The position numbers and the translations under genes were made by a program. Below, in pieces: positions 1-9,407 of a stretch of 37,203 nt of DNA. The notes below the pieces were generated by a model. It did not search any database, was not told the origin of the DNA, and worked only from the letters and a program-made list of their open reading frames with translations. Each line of letters opens with the position of its first letter. The first letter of the stretch is position 1. Origin of the DNA: an uncultured virus (IMG/VR IMGVR_UViG_3300008120_000124). Its lineage: Duplodnaviria > Heunggongvirae > Uroviricota > Caudoviricetes. Where the stretch lies: IMG/VR virus record IMGVR_UViG_3300008120_000124. One strand, 5' to 3'.

Positions 1-1
1 G

Positions 2-2605
2 TCTAGAGACGAAAAACTTATTTATTTAAAAAACAAATTGTCAGATCTTTATTTAAGATCTTCTAAGGAACAAGTAGAAAGAGACCCAAGAAAAAAAGCT
101 TTAAGTATAAAATACTCACAGGCAATACTGGAGATAGAAAAAGAACCCACTATAGATCTTAAATCTAAAACTCCAGACTTAGGTTTTTTCTGGAAAATTA
201 AAAACTTTTCTGATGTAGATAACCCAAGAATACAAGTTTTACATAAAGTATTATTAGAAGCAAAACAAAGGCTCAATATTTTTTCAAAAAATTTGGAAGA
301 AAACCATGATAATTTGTTTTTAAAGCTAGTGAATGAAAGGGTTGGTCCTAACGACAAAATGAATAAAGCAGCTTTGAAAGGACTTGAAATGGTTCACTTC
401 GCCTCTATGGCTACTTGGAATCCAATTCTTGCTGCTGGTGTAGTCGCCGCACATAATGCTATTGCTTCTAAAACACAAATGGATACTAGAGATTTTTACG
501 CGTTTATGTGGAGAAAGTCAGATGAGATAGGGGGAAGTGGTTACTATCTTAATACAAAAAATACTTATGTAAAGAATGGTAAAGAAGTTCCAATGACAAA
601 AGCTGAGCAAGATTATAGAAACTACGTTCATAAAACAATGAAGGAGGAGTATAATAAATTTGCTAAAGAAATAGTTGGTTTTGATGAAGTAACTAGACAA
701 CCTATTTATAGATACAGTTCTTTAGGTTTACCAGAAGAAATGCCCTTAGATTTCATGCCTAGAATACCTAAAAGTATAAATGAAATTAGAGAGGAAGAAA
801 TAAAAACTTCTGGTTATGGAGCAGGATTAATGGGTCTTAAAACCACTGTTGGAGAAGAATTTAAAAGAAGCTTAAATGGTTTCTTTGAAGATAAATATGG
901 TAGAGGGTCTGAAGGAATACAATTTAGGTATTTTAAACACACTGATTCTCCAGGTATAGTAGACGCAGAAAACCACAGCTTTAACGGCCAAATCGCTTTC
1001 AAAATGTTCATGATGTCCATGAAAACTAAGCAAGAAATGGACCCTCTTTATGATCTAGCTAGGGGCGTTCGTAATGCTTTAGATGAAGAGCTTATGGAAA
1101 GTGGTGAAGAAGCTAGGTATTCTAATACAGTTCAATGGTTAGATGATGAAATATATACTCAAATATTAGGGAGACAAAAAACTGAAAAAGTTTTAACCAG
1201 AGCAGTAAGATGGAAAGCTGGTAAGTTAACTGAAAAAGTAACAGGCATAAAAGAAGGCACTGACGTAAGAATATCTGAAATCGAAATAGTTCGTTGGCTA
1301 AGAACTTCTGTATCTTTTTTAACACTTGGATTCAAAGTTATTTCCCCAATAAGAAATGGTATATATGTAACATTGCAAACAATATCCCAGTCAACTAAAA
1401 ATATAGTAACAAAAGGTTTGTCTAAAATATATGGAGTCGATGTAGAAGAACTAGGACAAATAGATTTAGTTGGTGGTAAAATAGTTTTTAATGATTATAT
1501 TGCTAAGGCAATTATGGGAAAACCAGAGGAATCTAAATTATGGAATATTGCTAAAGCGATTAATTGGTTGCCAGATAACTACGTAATAAGCGACGAGGAT
1601 ATTAAAAAAATGGAAGCTGTCTCTAAAATAGGTCTTGGAGAAAATGCTTATGCTGCTTATTCATTATTTGAAAACTTTTCATCCCTTTGGCATTTGGCTG
1701 GATTATTAAAATCAACTAAAGTATTAGATAAAGATGGAAACAAAATATCCCTTTGGGATGCTCATGATGATAAAGGTGGGTGGAACATGGGTGTTCGCGG
1801 CGTAGTAGAAAACTCCGACGGAACAACTACCGAACTTAAAGAGCTTACGGCAATGGAGATAAAGGCTCTTAAAAGAACTCACGAAAGAGTATCTGGCTCT
1901 TACAGAAAAGATGAAAAAATCGCTATGGAAGCTTCTGTATGGGGAGACTTCTTAGCTCAATTTCAAAAACACGCATTCCAATATGTTAAAGTTTTATTCG
2001 GGTCTAAGTATAGAGATCGCAGTATTGGTAAATATGTTTTAGTTGGAAAGAAGCCAGATGGTATGCCTATGTATGAATGGCATTCCGAAATACTTCAGGG
2101 ACAAATAAAGATATTCTTTGCTGCTTTGTTTGCTGCTATTCAGGGAAAGCATATGGATTACATGACTGGAGGAGATCTTGGAGAAGCTACTTTGAAGAAT
2201 GCAAGAATTAGAGCTATGTCTTCATTAATAAACACGCTTATATGGTGGTTAACAATGTTAGCCATTTACTCTTGGGCATTTGATGATGAAGAAGAAAAGA
2301 CTCCATTAGGAAAATCTGCTGCAAGAATTGTAACAGATATGTCTCGATTCCTTTCCTTAAAAGATATTCTTGATGCAACAGATAAACCAGTAGTATCTTT
2401 GGAGGTAGCAAACAAAATAGGTAAATCTACCTGGGCACTTCTTACTGAAGGTATGGCTGGAGAAGTGGATAGACAAGGTTGGCCTAAGGGCCTTAGAGGG
2501 TTTTTAACTCTCACACCCGGTTATTCTTCTAGATCACAAATAGAACAGATACTTGGTAATGATGAAGACCCAAGTTTTCTTTATGGCATCTACCCACTTA
2601 AATAG
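2..2605 (+). CDS. C-terminal part of a giant, probably virion-associated (ejection/cargo-type) protein; 5' end outside the window
   Basis: The frame is open from base 2 (tct aga gac gaa...) to TAG at 2603-2605. It has hydrophobic helices near the C-terminus and is convergent with the replication block, as in Crassvirales layouts. All 18 Trp codons are TGG. Function is inferred from size and position only. Confidence 0.6.
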   Translation, partial: SRDEKLIYLKNKLSDLYLRSSKEQVERDPRKKALSIKYSQAILEIEKEPTIDLKSKTPDLGFFWKIKNFSDVDNPRIQVLHKVLLEAKQRLNIFSKNLEENHDNLFLKLVNERVGPNDKMNKAALKGLEMVHFASMATWNPILAAGVVAAHNAIASKTQMDTRDFYAFMWRKSDEIGGSGYYLNTKNTYVKNGKEVPMTKAEQDYRNYVHKTMKEEYNKFAKEIVGFDEVTRQPIYRYSSLGLPEEMPLDFMPRIPKSINEIREEEIKTSGYGAGLMGLKTTVGEEFKRSLNGFFEDKYGRGSEGIQFRYFKHTDSPGIVDAENHSFNGQIAFKMFMMSMKTKQEMDPLYDLARGVRNALDEELMESGEEARYSNTVQWLDDEIYTQILGRQKTEKVLTRAVRWKAGKLTEKVTGIKEGTDVRISEIEIVRWLRTSVSFLTLGFKVISPIRNGIYVTLQTISQSTKNIVTKGLSKIYGVDVEELGQIDLVGGKIVFNDYIAKAIMGKPEESKLWNIAKAINWLPDNYVISDEDIKKMEAVSKIGLGENAYAAYSLFENFSSLWHLAGLLKSTKVLDKDGNKISLWDAHDDKGGWNMGVRGVVENSDGTTTELKELTAMEIKALKRTHERVSGSYRKDEKIAMEASVWGDFLAQFQKHAFQYVKVLFGSKYRDRSIGKYVLVGKKPDGMPMYEWHSEILQGQIKIFFAALFAAIQGKHMDYMTGGDLGEATLKNARIRAMSSLINTLIWWLTMLAIYSWAFDDEEEKTPLGKSAARIVTDMSRFLSLKDILDATDKPVVSLEVANKIGKSTWALLTEGMAGEVDRQGWPKGLRGFLTLTPGYSSRSQIEQILGNDEDPSFLYGIYPLK

Positions 2606-2617
2606 TGGGCGTCACTC

Positions 2618-2669
2618 AAAAAACATCCCCCTGCCCTCTCGCAAGAGAAGACAGGGGGTTTTTGTTTTT
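2618..2669. terminator. Bidirectional intrinsic terminator between convergent gene blocks
   Basis: CCCCCTG (2627-2633) pairs with CAGGGGG (2652-2658) around an inner stem with a GCAA loop. An A-tract lies on one side and a T-tract on the other. Confidence 0.8.
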
Positions 2670-3273
2670 ACTGAACTCCTTTAAGGGCTTCCAGTAGATC
2701 AGTTACTTTTCGGTTGTACTTGTCTTGCCAGCGGATCGGCAGGATACTGTAGAAGAGCTTGAGCAGTTCTTGCTCGTCTTTGGTGAGAGACTTCTTGCCG
2801 GTGATGGTCATAATGGTCAGGATAGAGTCCTCGATAAACTTATCAATCTCCTGCTCAGCCATCGGCTTATTTTTGCAGTTGTTGCACTCCCCTTTGCAGG
2901 CGCAGTAGCCCGGATCAATGAGTTTCTCTGCCAGGGATTGAGGCGTTTCTTCATGGTACGAAAAGCAGCACTTGATGAGCTTTTTCCTTGTTTCTTCTGA
3001 AGCGAGGGTAGCGCCGGAGAATTTGGCTGGATCAACAGACTTTGGGTAATACCCCGCTATTTGGTACGGGATCCTCATGTCCGTGAGTTGACGTCGCATT
3101 TCGATGAACAAAGGCTCTGCTACGAGAAGGAAATCCTGATCATCATACTGCATTGGAAAGCAGTCGATCATGTCCTCAGTTTCTTCGATGGGACGGTTGT
3201 CGATGCCATTTTCTGTGGAGAATAGTGGGCGGAGTTGCTCCAGTGGAACCAGAAGAAATTTCTTTTTGGTCAT
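2668..3273 (-). CDS. Hypothetical protein with Cys cluster (CACKGECNNC)
   Basis: 201-aa ATG..TAA ORF with an AT-rich leader. Confidence 0.75.
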   Translation of the reverse strand: MTKKKFLLVPLEQLRPLFSTENGIDNRPIEETEDMIDCFPMQYDDQDFLLVAEPLFIEMRRQLTDMRIPYQIAGYYPKSVDPAKFSGATLASEETRKKLIKCCFSYHEETPQSLAEKLIDPGYCACKGECNNCKNKPMAEQEIDKFIEDSILTIMTITGKKSLTKDEQELLKLFYSILPIRWQDKYNRKVTDLLEALKGVQ

Positions 3274-3298
3274 TGTTAATTTGTTTGGTGAATGTTAA

Positions 3299-3350
3299 TA
3301 AAAAAGAAAACCCCCATCCCTCCGTAATGGAGAGTGGGGGTTCTTTGTTT
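3299..3350 (-). terminator. Intrinsic terminator-like hairpin
   Basis: Minus strand reads GAACCCCCA...TGGGGGTTTTCTTTTTT. Confidence 0.65.
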
Positions 3351-3374
3351 TCATAAGTCTACTTTTGCTTCAGG

Positions 3375-3794
3375 CTAATTTTTAGCCCTTGAGAATAAGT
3401 AAAGATCGACAACTATGGACATAATGTCCTGCACTCGTGACGTTTCGGCGTTTAGTTTGTGGATCTTTTTAGTCAGTCTTTTCACAACCGTACTCTTAGT
3501 CTCCGACTCAAAAGCTTTCTTATTCTTGCTCTTTGCGGTCTCATAATAAATGTAAGCCTGGGACATGAATCTTCCGAAAGAAGGGGAAGAGCGTTCAATT
3601 GATTTAAGTATAAACGTCTTCTTATCCCTCCTTACTTCCTCTAATTCATAGAGGTCTTTTTCACTTAACCCAAGCTCATTTAGCGATAGATCTTTGAGAT
3701 TATCATACCGCCCGATCAGCTTAAGCCGATTTCAGTTCGTAATCCTCGTGAGAAAGGTCCAATTCGATCGTAGTTTGATCTGCGACCTTCTCAT
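3375..3794 (-). CDS. Hypothetical protein, 139 aa if TGA is read as Trp
   Basis: ATG at 3794 gives MRRSQIKLRSNWTFLTRITN[TGA 3732-3734]NRLKLIGRYDNLKDL..., in frame with the 3375..3566 ORF. There is no in-frame ATG between the TGA and 3566. Confidence 0.6.
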
Positions 3795-4338
3795 TCAGTT
3801 CGACACTGTCGTTATAGTATCCATATACTTCATTACGTGGAAATGGTTTGCTATATACTTCCGCACCATCAGGCAACACAACTCCTATCTCTCGCTCCCA
3901 TCTTTGCTTCCACAAATCGCTCTTTAGGAAAACTAGCCTATTTCCGTAGCGGGAGTGTGATGGATTATCAGGGAAGTATTTGTCTACCACTTTCCGATCT
4001 GCCTCAGAATATTTGCCCTCAATAACTTTAAGGACAAAGTTCTCTCTTACCTCTTCCGGTGTTGAGAACACAAAGAGTATTCTTCCATCCTGCGGTGAAT
4101 ACTGCTCTTTAAAATGTGGATTTGATTTAAGGTGCTCCACAAGTTCCTGAGGAATGCTAGAGTTGTACTCCATTATGAAATACTTACCTTCCTTTCAGTT
4201 ACGATACTCGGGACGCTGATGGTCACCAAGATATGTCTGGGTATAGAAGGCTTTATCAAAAACGCTGAGGGGTTCGTTCTTGCGTAGTTCAAAGATTGGA
4301 GAAATAAAGTAGGTGCTTACTGCGTGATTATGTGTCAT
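3721..4338 (-). CDS. Phage hypothetical protein downstream of the exonuclease, 205 aa with TGA=Trp
   Basis: ATG at 4338 gives MTHNHAVSTYFISPIF...PEYRN[TGA 4195-4197]KEGKYFIMEYN..., joining the 3721..4173 ORF. Confidence 0.8.
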
Positions 4339-4368
4339 ATAGTTACCTTTTAGACTGTTTAAGTTTTA

Positions 4369-5382
4369 TTAGGTGAATACTTTAAGGGGTATCCTCCCTT
4401 CATTTTGATAGATTTCTCTAGGGTATATTCATTGGTCAGTTTCCACATGCCAAAGATAATCCTCAAGAAGTTGGTAAATTCCTTTATGATATTTGTTATT
4501 AAAGTTGCCTCCAGTAAACCCAGCTTCTCTCTCCTCCTTAGAGGTAGTGTAGATTAAAGCGGGATTAAAAGATGAGGTTTTAGTCTCAGCTACTATAAAG
4601 ATAAAGTCCTTTAGAGTATAACCTTCTTGAAGTAGATCATACACTGGAGACTCTTTTGTCTTTAAAGCATACTCATATAAAGCAGCTTGTGTGTAGTAGC
4701 CGTATAGAATATAGTTAAGTGGGAATTCATAAACAGATTTCCCTATTGTTTTTAGATCAAAAGGCTCTATAGTTTTTTCTTGGTGGTCGATCTTAATCCC
4801 ATCCAAGAGAGCTTTAAACTCATGATCTTTAAGAGTAAAATATATAGGTACTTGGTGAAGTAATTCTTCATGTATTTTATTTCTTTGAAAGTATGAAAAT
4901 GCGTAGGGTGAATCCATAACTAAAGATACAGCCTTTTTAGCTGAGTCGTATTCATCTTTAGATAGAATTGTATACCCATCTTCTTTATAAGTATTATAGT
5001 ATTCAACAGCGTCTGGTGAAGTTCAGAATTTATTAATCACCCAATCAGCACTCATCTTATAACCACTCATTCAGTAAGCACTCATGTAATCTTCCTTAGG
5101 AGAGTCTTTAGTTATCCCCTTAGGTAAGTTAGAAACAAATGTGCCCATAAAACCATAAGGCTTATTTACTTCGAGTACTTTAAACTTACTAACTCAGGCT
5201 TTAGGATCTGTTAGTAAACAGTCTACTGCTGAGCCTATTCTTAAAGAAGCCGAGTCATCTTCAAATAGTTCTGGGTTATCCTTCTTTAGTTTTAGTATTC
5301 TTGGATTTGCGATTGCTTTTAGCAGGGAGTTGGATATTCTCGGAGATTTGTAATATTCTGTTATCGGATCATTCTCTATCAT
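4369..5382 (-). CDS. PD-(D/E)XK exonuclease (RecE/ExoVIII-like), 337 aa, four TGA=Trp
   Basis: ORFs 5194..5382 and 4429..4917 share a frame. The only interruptions are TGA at 5194, 5071, 5023 and 4429. Motifs: ISNSLLK, GSAVDCLLT, KALLDG...DLKT, YxxQAALY, and C-terminal WHVETDQ[W]IYPREIY, ending at TAA 4369. Confidence 0.85.
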
Positions 5383-5389
5383 TCTTTAT

Positions 5390-5743
5390 TCACTTTTTTA
5401 ATATATCTATACATACTAACACCTCTTTTTGGTTTGTAGGCATTAATAGTAACCACCCCTTATTCTTTATCGTATACTTAAAGATCTTTCATCTCAGGTC
5501 AAATGCGGGCCTTCTAAGACCCTTTGTCTCGATTACTCAATTCTTTCCGCTAAAGTCTGGAGAATATACAATATTTTGATACTTGTTATTCTTTACTTTA
5601 AGTTGTTTGTTTCTCTTTTCGATGTCAATTCCTTTAAAAACAAAGGAAGGGAATAACTCAATTTCCTTTTCGTACTCAAAAGTTATCCCCTCCTTCGTTA
5701 GTTGTTCTCAAGCGAATTCCTCGAGGTTATTGCGGGTTCTCAT
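5390..5743 (-). CDS. T7 endonuclease I-like Holliday junction resolvase (PD-(D/E)XK), missed by the standard code, three internal TGA=Trp
   Basis: Manual translation: MRTRNNLEEFA[W]EQLTKEGITFEYE...YSPDFSGKN[W]VIETKGLRRPAFDLR[W]KIFK...PTNQKEVLVCIDILKK. Internal TGAs are at 5708, 5537 and 5489. The 3' end is uncertain because the next in-frame stop (5390-5392) is itself TGA. Confidence 0.85.
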
Positions 5744-6486
5744 TTCTTCTTGTTGAGGGCTACGTGCAGTTTGTCCATGTAGCTTCTCAGAGCCAAGGCA
5801 TCCTCATGCACGAGATTTGTGTTGACGTTGACCACCTCCAGTTCTTTGGAGTCAGGATCGACAGTGATTGTAACGGTTGCGTAGTCGAGATTGAGCGCTT
5901 CGACAGTCTCTTTTGCAAGAGCGTAAGCTTCGTCTCGGTCGGTAAGGCAAGAGGGCATTGCTTCACGCAGGATGCCATCGGTAATGAAGTTTCGTCCGTT
6001 GTTCAGTCTGGACGGCGCGTTGGGGATTGTGGTAACAGTGCCACTAATTGCCCCTTCAGTTTTTTTCTGGAACACACCTTCGAAGCCCGGTCCATTGAAT
6101 GCATTGATCGCTTGCACCACTTCTTGCAGGGAGCTAAAGTCCATTTGCAGGCCGTGGGACAAAAGCGCCGGGAAGAAGCCGTCGTCAAAGGAAAACTCGT
6201 TCATGAAGTCTACTGCCAGAAACGCATCTTCTTTGTTGAAGAATTGTTTTTTGTTGTAGAAGTCTGGAACGGGTATGCCCTTGAGATTCAGGGCTTTCAT
6301 CAGGCGGTTCTTATCTTTCGTCAAGCTGACGGCTTCAGGAGGATTTATATGCACTTTCTGTACGAACTTTTTGTCCATTGTGCCATTGAAGCATGCAGAA
6401 CATGGGTAAGTGGGCCCGAAGAAAAGAGAACCAGCGGAAGCCACTTTTGATCTTGTTTCAGGATCTAAGAAGAAATTCATTACCAA
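5740..6486 (-). CDS. ATP-grasp (RimK-like) fold protein, divergent
   Basis: Motifs INPPEAVSLTKDK, GIPVPDF, ALNLDYATV and EVVNVNT (canonical form is EVN). Confidence 0.6.
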   Translation of the reverse strand: MVMNFFLDPETRSKVASAGSLFFGPTYPCSACFNGTMDKKFVQKVHINPPEAVSLTKDKNRLMKALNLKGIPVPDFYNKKQFFNKEDAFLAVDFMNEFSFDDGFFPALLSHGLQMDFSSLQEVVQAINAFNGPGFEGVFQKKTEGAISGTVTTIPNAPSRLNNGRNFITDGILREAMPSCLTDRDEAYALAKETVEALNLDYATVTITVDPDSKELEVVNVNTNLVHEDALALRSYMDKLHVALNKKK

Positions 6487-7139
6487 ATAATTGGTTTAGT
6501 TAACTTATCGTTAACTTGTGTGAAACATTTACATCCTTTGAACAGCCTGTAGCTGAAGGGAGAGGGATGAGCACTCTCTATTATAATGTGTTTCGCATTG
6601 ATTTTAGATTTAAACTTCTGGGCTTTTTTGCCCCAAAGCAACCAAACTAGTTTATCCTTCTTATTAAGAGTGTTTATAACTTCAGAAGTAAATTCACGCC
6701 ATACTTCTAGATGGCTTTCAGGTTTTCCTTGTTCGACTGTGAGTGCTGTGTTTAATAGTAAAACGCCTTGTGGGGGGAGGTGCTCTAGAAATGAAACAGA
6801 ATTATCGAATCCCATAGAAGGCTTGCCGGTATCTTCTTCGATCTCCTTAAAGATATTACGTAAAGATGGTGAGATCTTCCCGTTTCTTGGGTTATCAAAA
6901 GCGATACCAGTTGCACTGCCATCATGGTAAGGGTCCATACCGAGTATTACTACACGTACGTCGTCAAATGGAACCTCTTTAAAGGCCCGAAAAATTGAGT
7001 GCGTTGTAGGGTAGATTTTTTTGGTTTCCTCTTCCGCCATTATAAAAGGGATGATGTCTTTTTTGAAAACATCGAAAGCCTTGTTTAATGGCCATACCCA
7101 ACTATCCCCTACATAGGGCTTCATATTCCTGTGGTTCAT
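6480..7139 (-). CDS. ung: Uracil-DNA glycosylase, family 1
   Basis: VVILGMDPYH, PSLRNIFKE, QGVLLLN, LWGKKAQ and HPSPFS motifs. Confidence 0.95.
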   Translation of the reverse strand: MNHRNMKPYVGDSWVWPLNKAFDVFKKDIIPFIMAEEETKKIYPTTHSIFRAFKEVPFDDVRVVILGMDPYHDGSATGIAFDNPRNGKISPSLRNIFKEIEEDTGKPSMGFDNSVSFLEHLPPQGVLLLNTALTVEQGKPESHLEVWREFTSEVINTLNKKDKLVWLLWGKKAQKFKSKINAKHIIIESAHPSPFSYRLFKGCKCFTQVNDKLTKPIIW

Positions 7140-7513
7140 TGATATATCATGGTGTCTTTTAGGATTTCTGAGCGATTGAACACGGTACGCATAAGAACAA
7201 CCCTAACAGAATCCGGGCACTCTTCTTCGCAATCAAAATCGCATCTGTGTTTGAATTCTTTTATACCCGACTCTTCAGTTGGTTGATCGGTAGGGATCTG
7301 GTATAGATAGGGAGATCCATCGCTGTACTCCCATAGATGCACATCGTAGTAGGTATTATCAAGGACGGCGTCCTGTACGAGCACATCGAGTTTGTCCGAA
7401 GTTTTCTCAAAGAAATCGTACATTACTACGATGGACGCAGCTACCGAAGAAAGCATCAAGGTGAAAGAGATCAATAAGATCAATTCTAGACGCTTAAAAT
7501 GGGAGATTATCAT
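7136..7513 (-). CDS. Hypothetical membrane-anchored protein
   Basis: N-terminal hydrophobic helix. Its TGA stop overlaps the ung ATG (ATGA). Confidence 0.7.
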   Translation of the reverse strand: MIISHFKRLELILLISFTLMLSSVAASIVVMYDFFEKTSDKLDVLVQDAVLDNTYYDVHLWEYSDGSPYLYQIPTDQPTEESGIKEFKHRCDFDCEEECPDSVRVVLMRTVFNRSEILKDTMIYQ

Positions 7514-8462
7514 ACTGGAGTGTTTTTTTGATCAATTTCTTGATCTGTTTGAAAGTCTTGTTTACGCCAAACTTTTTTTGAAAGTCGGAGATGTCCTTTT
7601 CTCTGGGGAGAGAAACTCATTTACATTTTATTCTATATGACAGTTTCATAGAGTAATCAATACCCGCAGAGTCACTGTCTAAAAAAATTATTATATGCTT
7701 AAATCTTTTCTTAAGGCCAACGATGAAAGGCTTTATTTCTGAATAACTTTTATCAGAGGTCCCATATCCTTCTCCGTTAAAGCAAACAGCGTTAAACCCA
7801 TGTTGTCTTAAGACCATTATGTCCTTGATAGAAGATGTTATAAAAAGAACTGTTCCCTTCTGTGGAAGTTGGAATAGTCCCCCTATGTCTTTAGTATTAG
7901 CATTCCCTCCCCACTTCTTGGACTTGTCCCCACTTAAAGGGCGATAGATTTTGATATTTCCTGATGGAAACTTGTAAGCAAAAATTGGATTGCCCTTAGT
8001 TGAACGTGCCCAATACTCTTCATTTCTATAGATATTCTTAACAAAGAAACTATATTTAGCTACGATGTTTTTGGGTATCTTGTATTTGTTTCAGTAATAC
8101 ATTCCCTCTTCTAAAGGTGAAGAAGTGAACGAATACTGTACGTCTTCTTTAGGACGAATCTCTACTGCACCGTCTTTCATTAACGGTATATCAGCTATCA
8201 TTTTAGATAGAGCTTGCTCGTAATTTAAATTGAATTTGGCTTTAACAAAGTCTATAACGGAGTACATCTTCGCTATACCAAAATCATTAAAGTAGAGTGT
8301 TTCTCTCTCTGAATAGAAGAATGCTGCTGTTGGATTCTTGTCCTCTCGTAATGGGGATTTGTATAGTTTGCCAAGAACTATCTTTTGCCCCATGTAGTAT
8401 TCAAACGCTGCCTCTTGATTTACTGAGGTTTTTCAATCAGCAGTGTAGTAGATTGCCTTCAT
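7494..8462 (-). CDS. DNA primase (TOPRIM), 322 aa, three TGA=Trp
   Basis: ATG at 8462, with TGAs at 8433, 8091 and 7617. Motifs: SPLREDKNPT, YY[W], KIYRP, ITSSIKDIM, IIFLDSDSAG, KDISDF. It ends LPF-TAA. The KDISD motif lies beyond the third TGA. Confidence 0.9.
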
Positions 8463-8761
8463 TTTTTATGTACTCTTATTTTTATTATTTTTTCAGCCTT
8501 ATATTTGTCTATAACAAAACACTCTGCCTGAGACTCCATATTTAAGTGGAAGTAGCGAGTGAACATAAACCAGTGTTTAGTTAGTTTTATAGTCTCTCCT
8601 AAGCTGTCTATAAAAGTACAGCTAAAGGTTCCTATTATAATGGAATCCCCAATAGTGGGGTTGACCTTCAGAAGTTCTTCGAGCTTCTTTGGATCACCGT
8701 TAATGAATTCAGATAAAGTCTTCATGCTTTTATGAGCGGAATCGAACCACTCTTTACCCAC
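8459..8761 (-). CDS. Hypothetical protein
   Basis: 100-aa ORF with a GTG start. Its TGA stop overlaps the primase ATG. Confidence 0.6.
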   Translation of the reverse strand: MGKEWFDSAHKSMKTLSEFINGDPKKLEELLKVNPTIGDSIIIGTFSCTFIDSLGETIKLTKHWFMFTRYFHLNMESQAECFVIDKYKAEKIIKIRVHKK

Positions 8762-8766
8762 CAGGT

Positions 8767-8805
8767 AAAATAGAAAAGGGCGATAAGATTTCTCCTATCG
8801 CCCTA
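8767..8805 (-). terminator. Intrinsic terminator-like hairpin after the SSB-like gene
   Basis: Minus strand reads AGGGCGATAGGA GAAA TCTTATCGCCCT TTTCTATTTT. Confidence 0.7.
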
Positions 8806-8809
8806 ATCA

Positions 8810-9388
8810 TTAAATGAGAGAGTCTACGTCTTCTTGCGACATTGCTCCGTCATCTTTCTTAGCGCGATTTGCTGACATTTCGCTGATTGCCTCCAATTCT
8901 TTCTTGGAAAAGGAAAGACGAGATACTCCTCCTGCTTTCTCCACATAATTACCATATGAGGGGAGCTCTTGATACATCTTTTCCTTATAATCAGGAACGA
9001 CTTTGAGGTTTACTGCGGTACCCTTTTGCTCATTAAGCAGTGATGCGGCATTAGCAACAAAGGTCTTATAGTCTTCTGCGCTGAAAGAGGCAACAGCCTC
9101 ATCTCCAAGCAGTGCAGTCATTATGTGCACAATATGCTTGAGGTTTTTAGTTACTTCCCTGTTGTACGCATCCTGAATGCTTTCTCCCTCTTTTGGATTA
9201 CCTCCAGTTGGTACAAAGAGACGTTTATGAATTACCTTTCCGGTGGCTACTTCCGAAAAGTTTATATCAGTTCATGTAGAGTCAGTGGATAGACCGTTAA
9301 ACACGATATTTCCCGTGTGAATTCCTACGGGGATTTTGGAGCCTCCACCAGAGTAAGACTCTTCTTTGAACATAGTTGCTTGATACAT
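8810..9388 (-). CDS. Putative single-stranded DNA-binding protein, 192 aa, one TGA=Trp
   Basis: ATG at 9388 gives MYQATMFKEE...IPVGIH...DST[TGA 9272]TDINF..., in frame with 8810..9130. It has an acidic C-terminal tail and lies between the AAA ATPase and primase. Function is inferred from synteny. Confidence 0.6.
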
Positions 9389-9407
9389 AGTGATTATATT
9401 GTTTTAG

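Noticed and set aside
2..2605. Virion RNA polymerase catalytic subunit
   Set aside because: No DxDxD-type catalytic motif is recognisable in the visible portion, so only a generic giant virion protein call is supportable.
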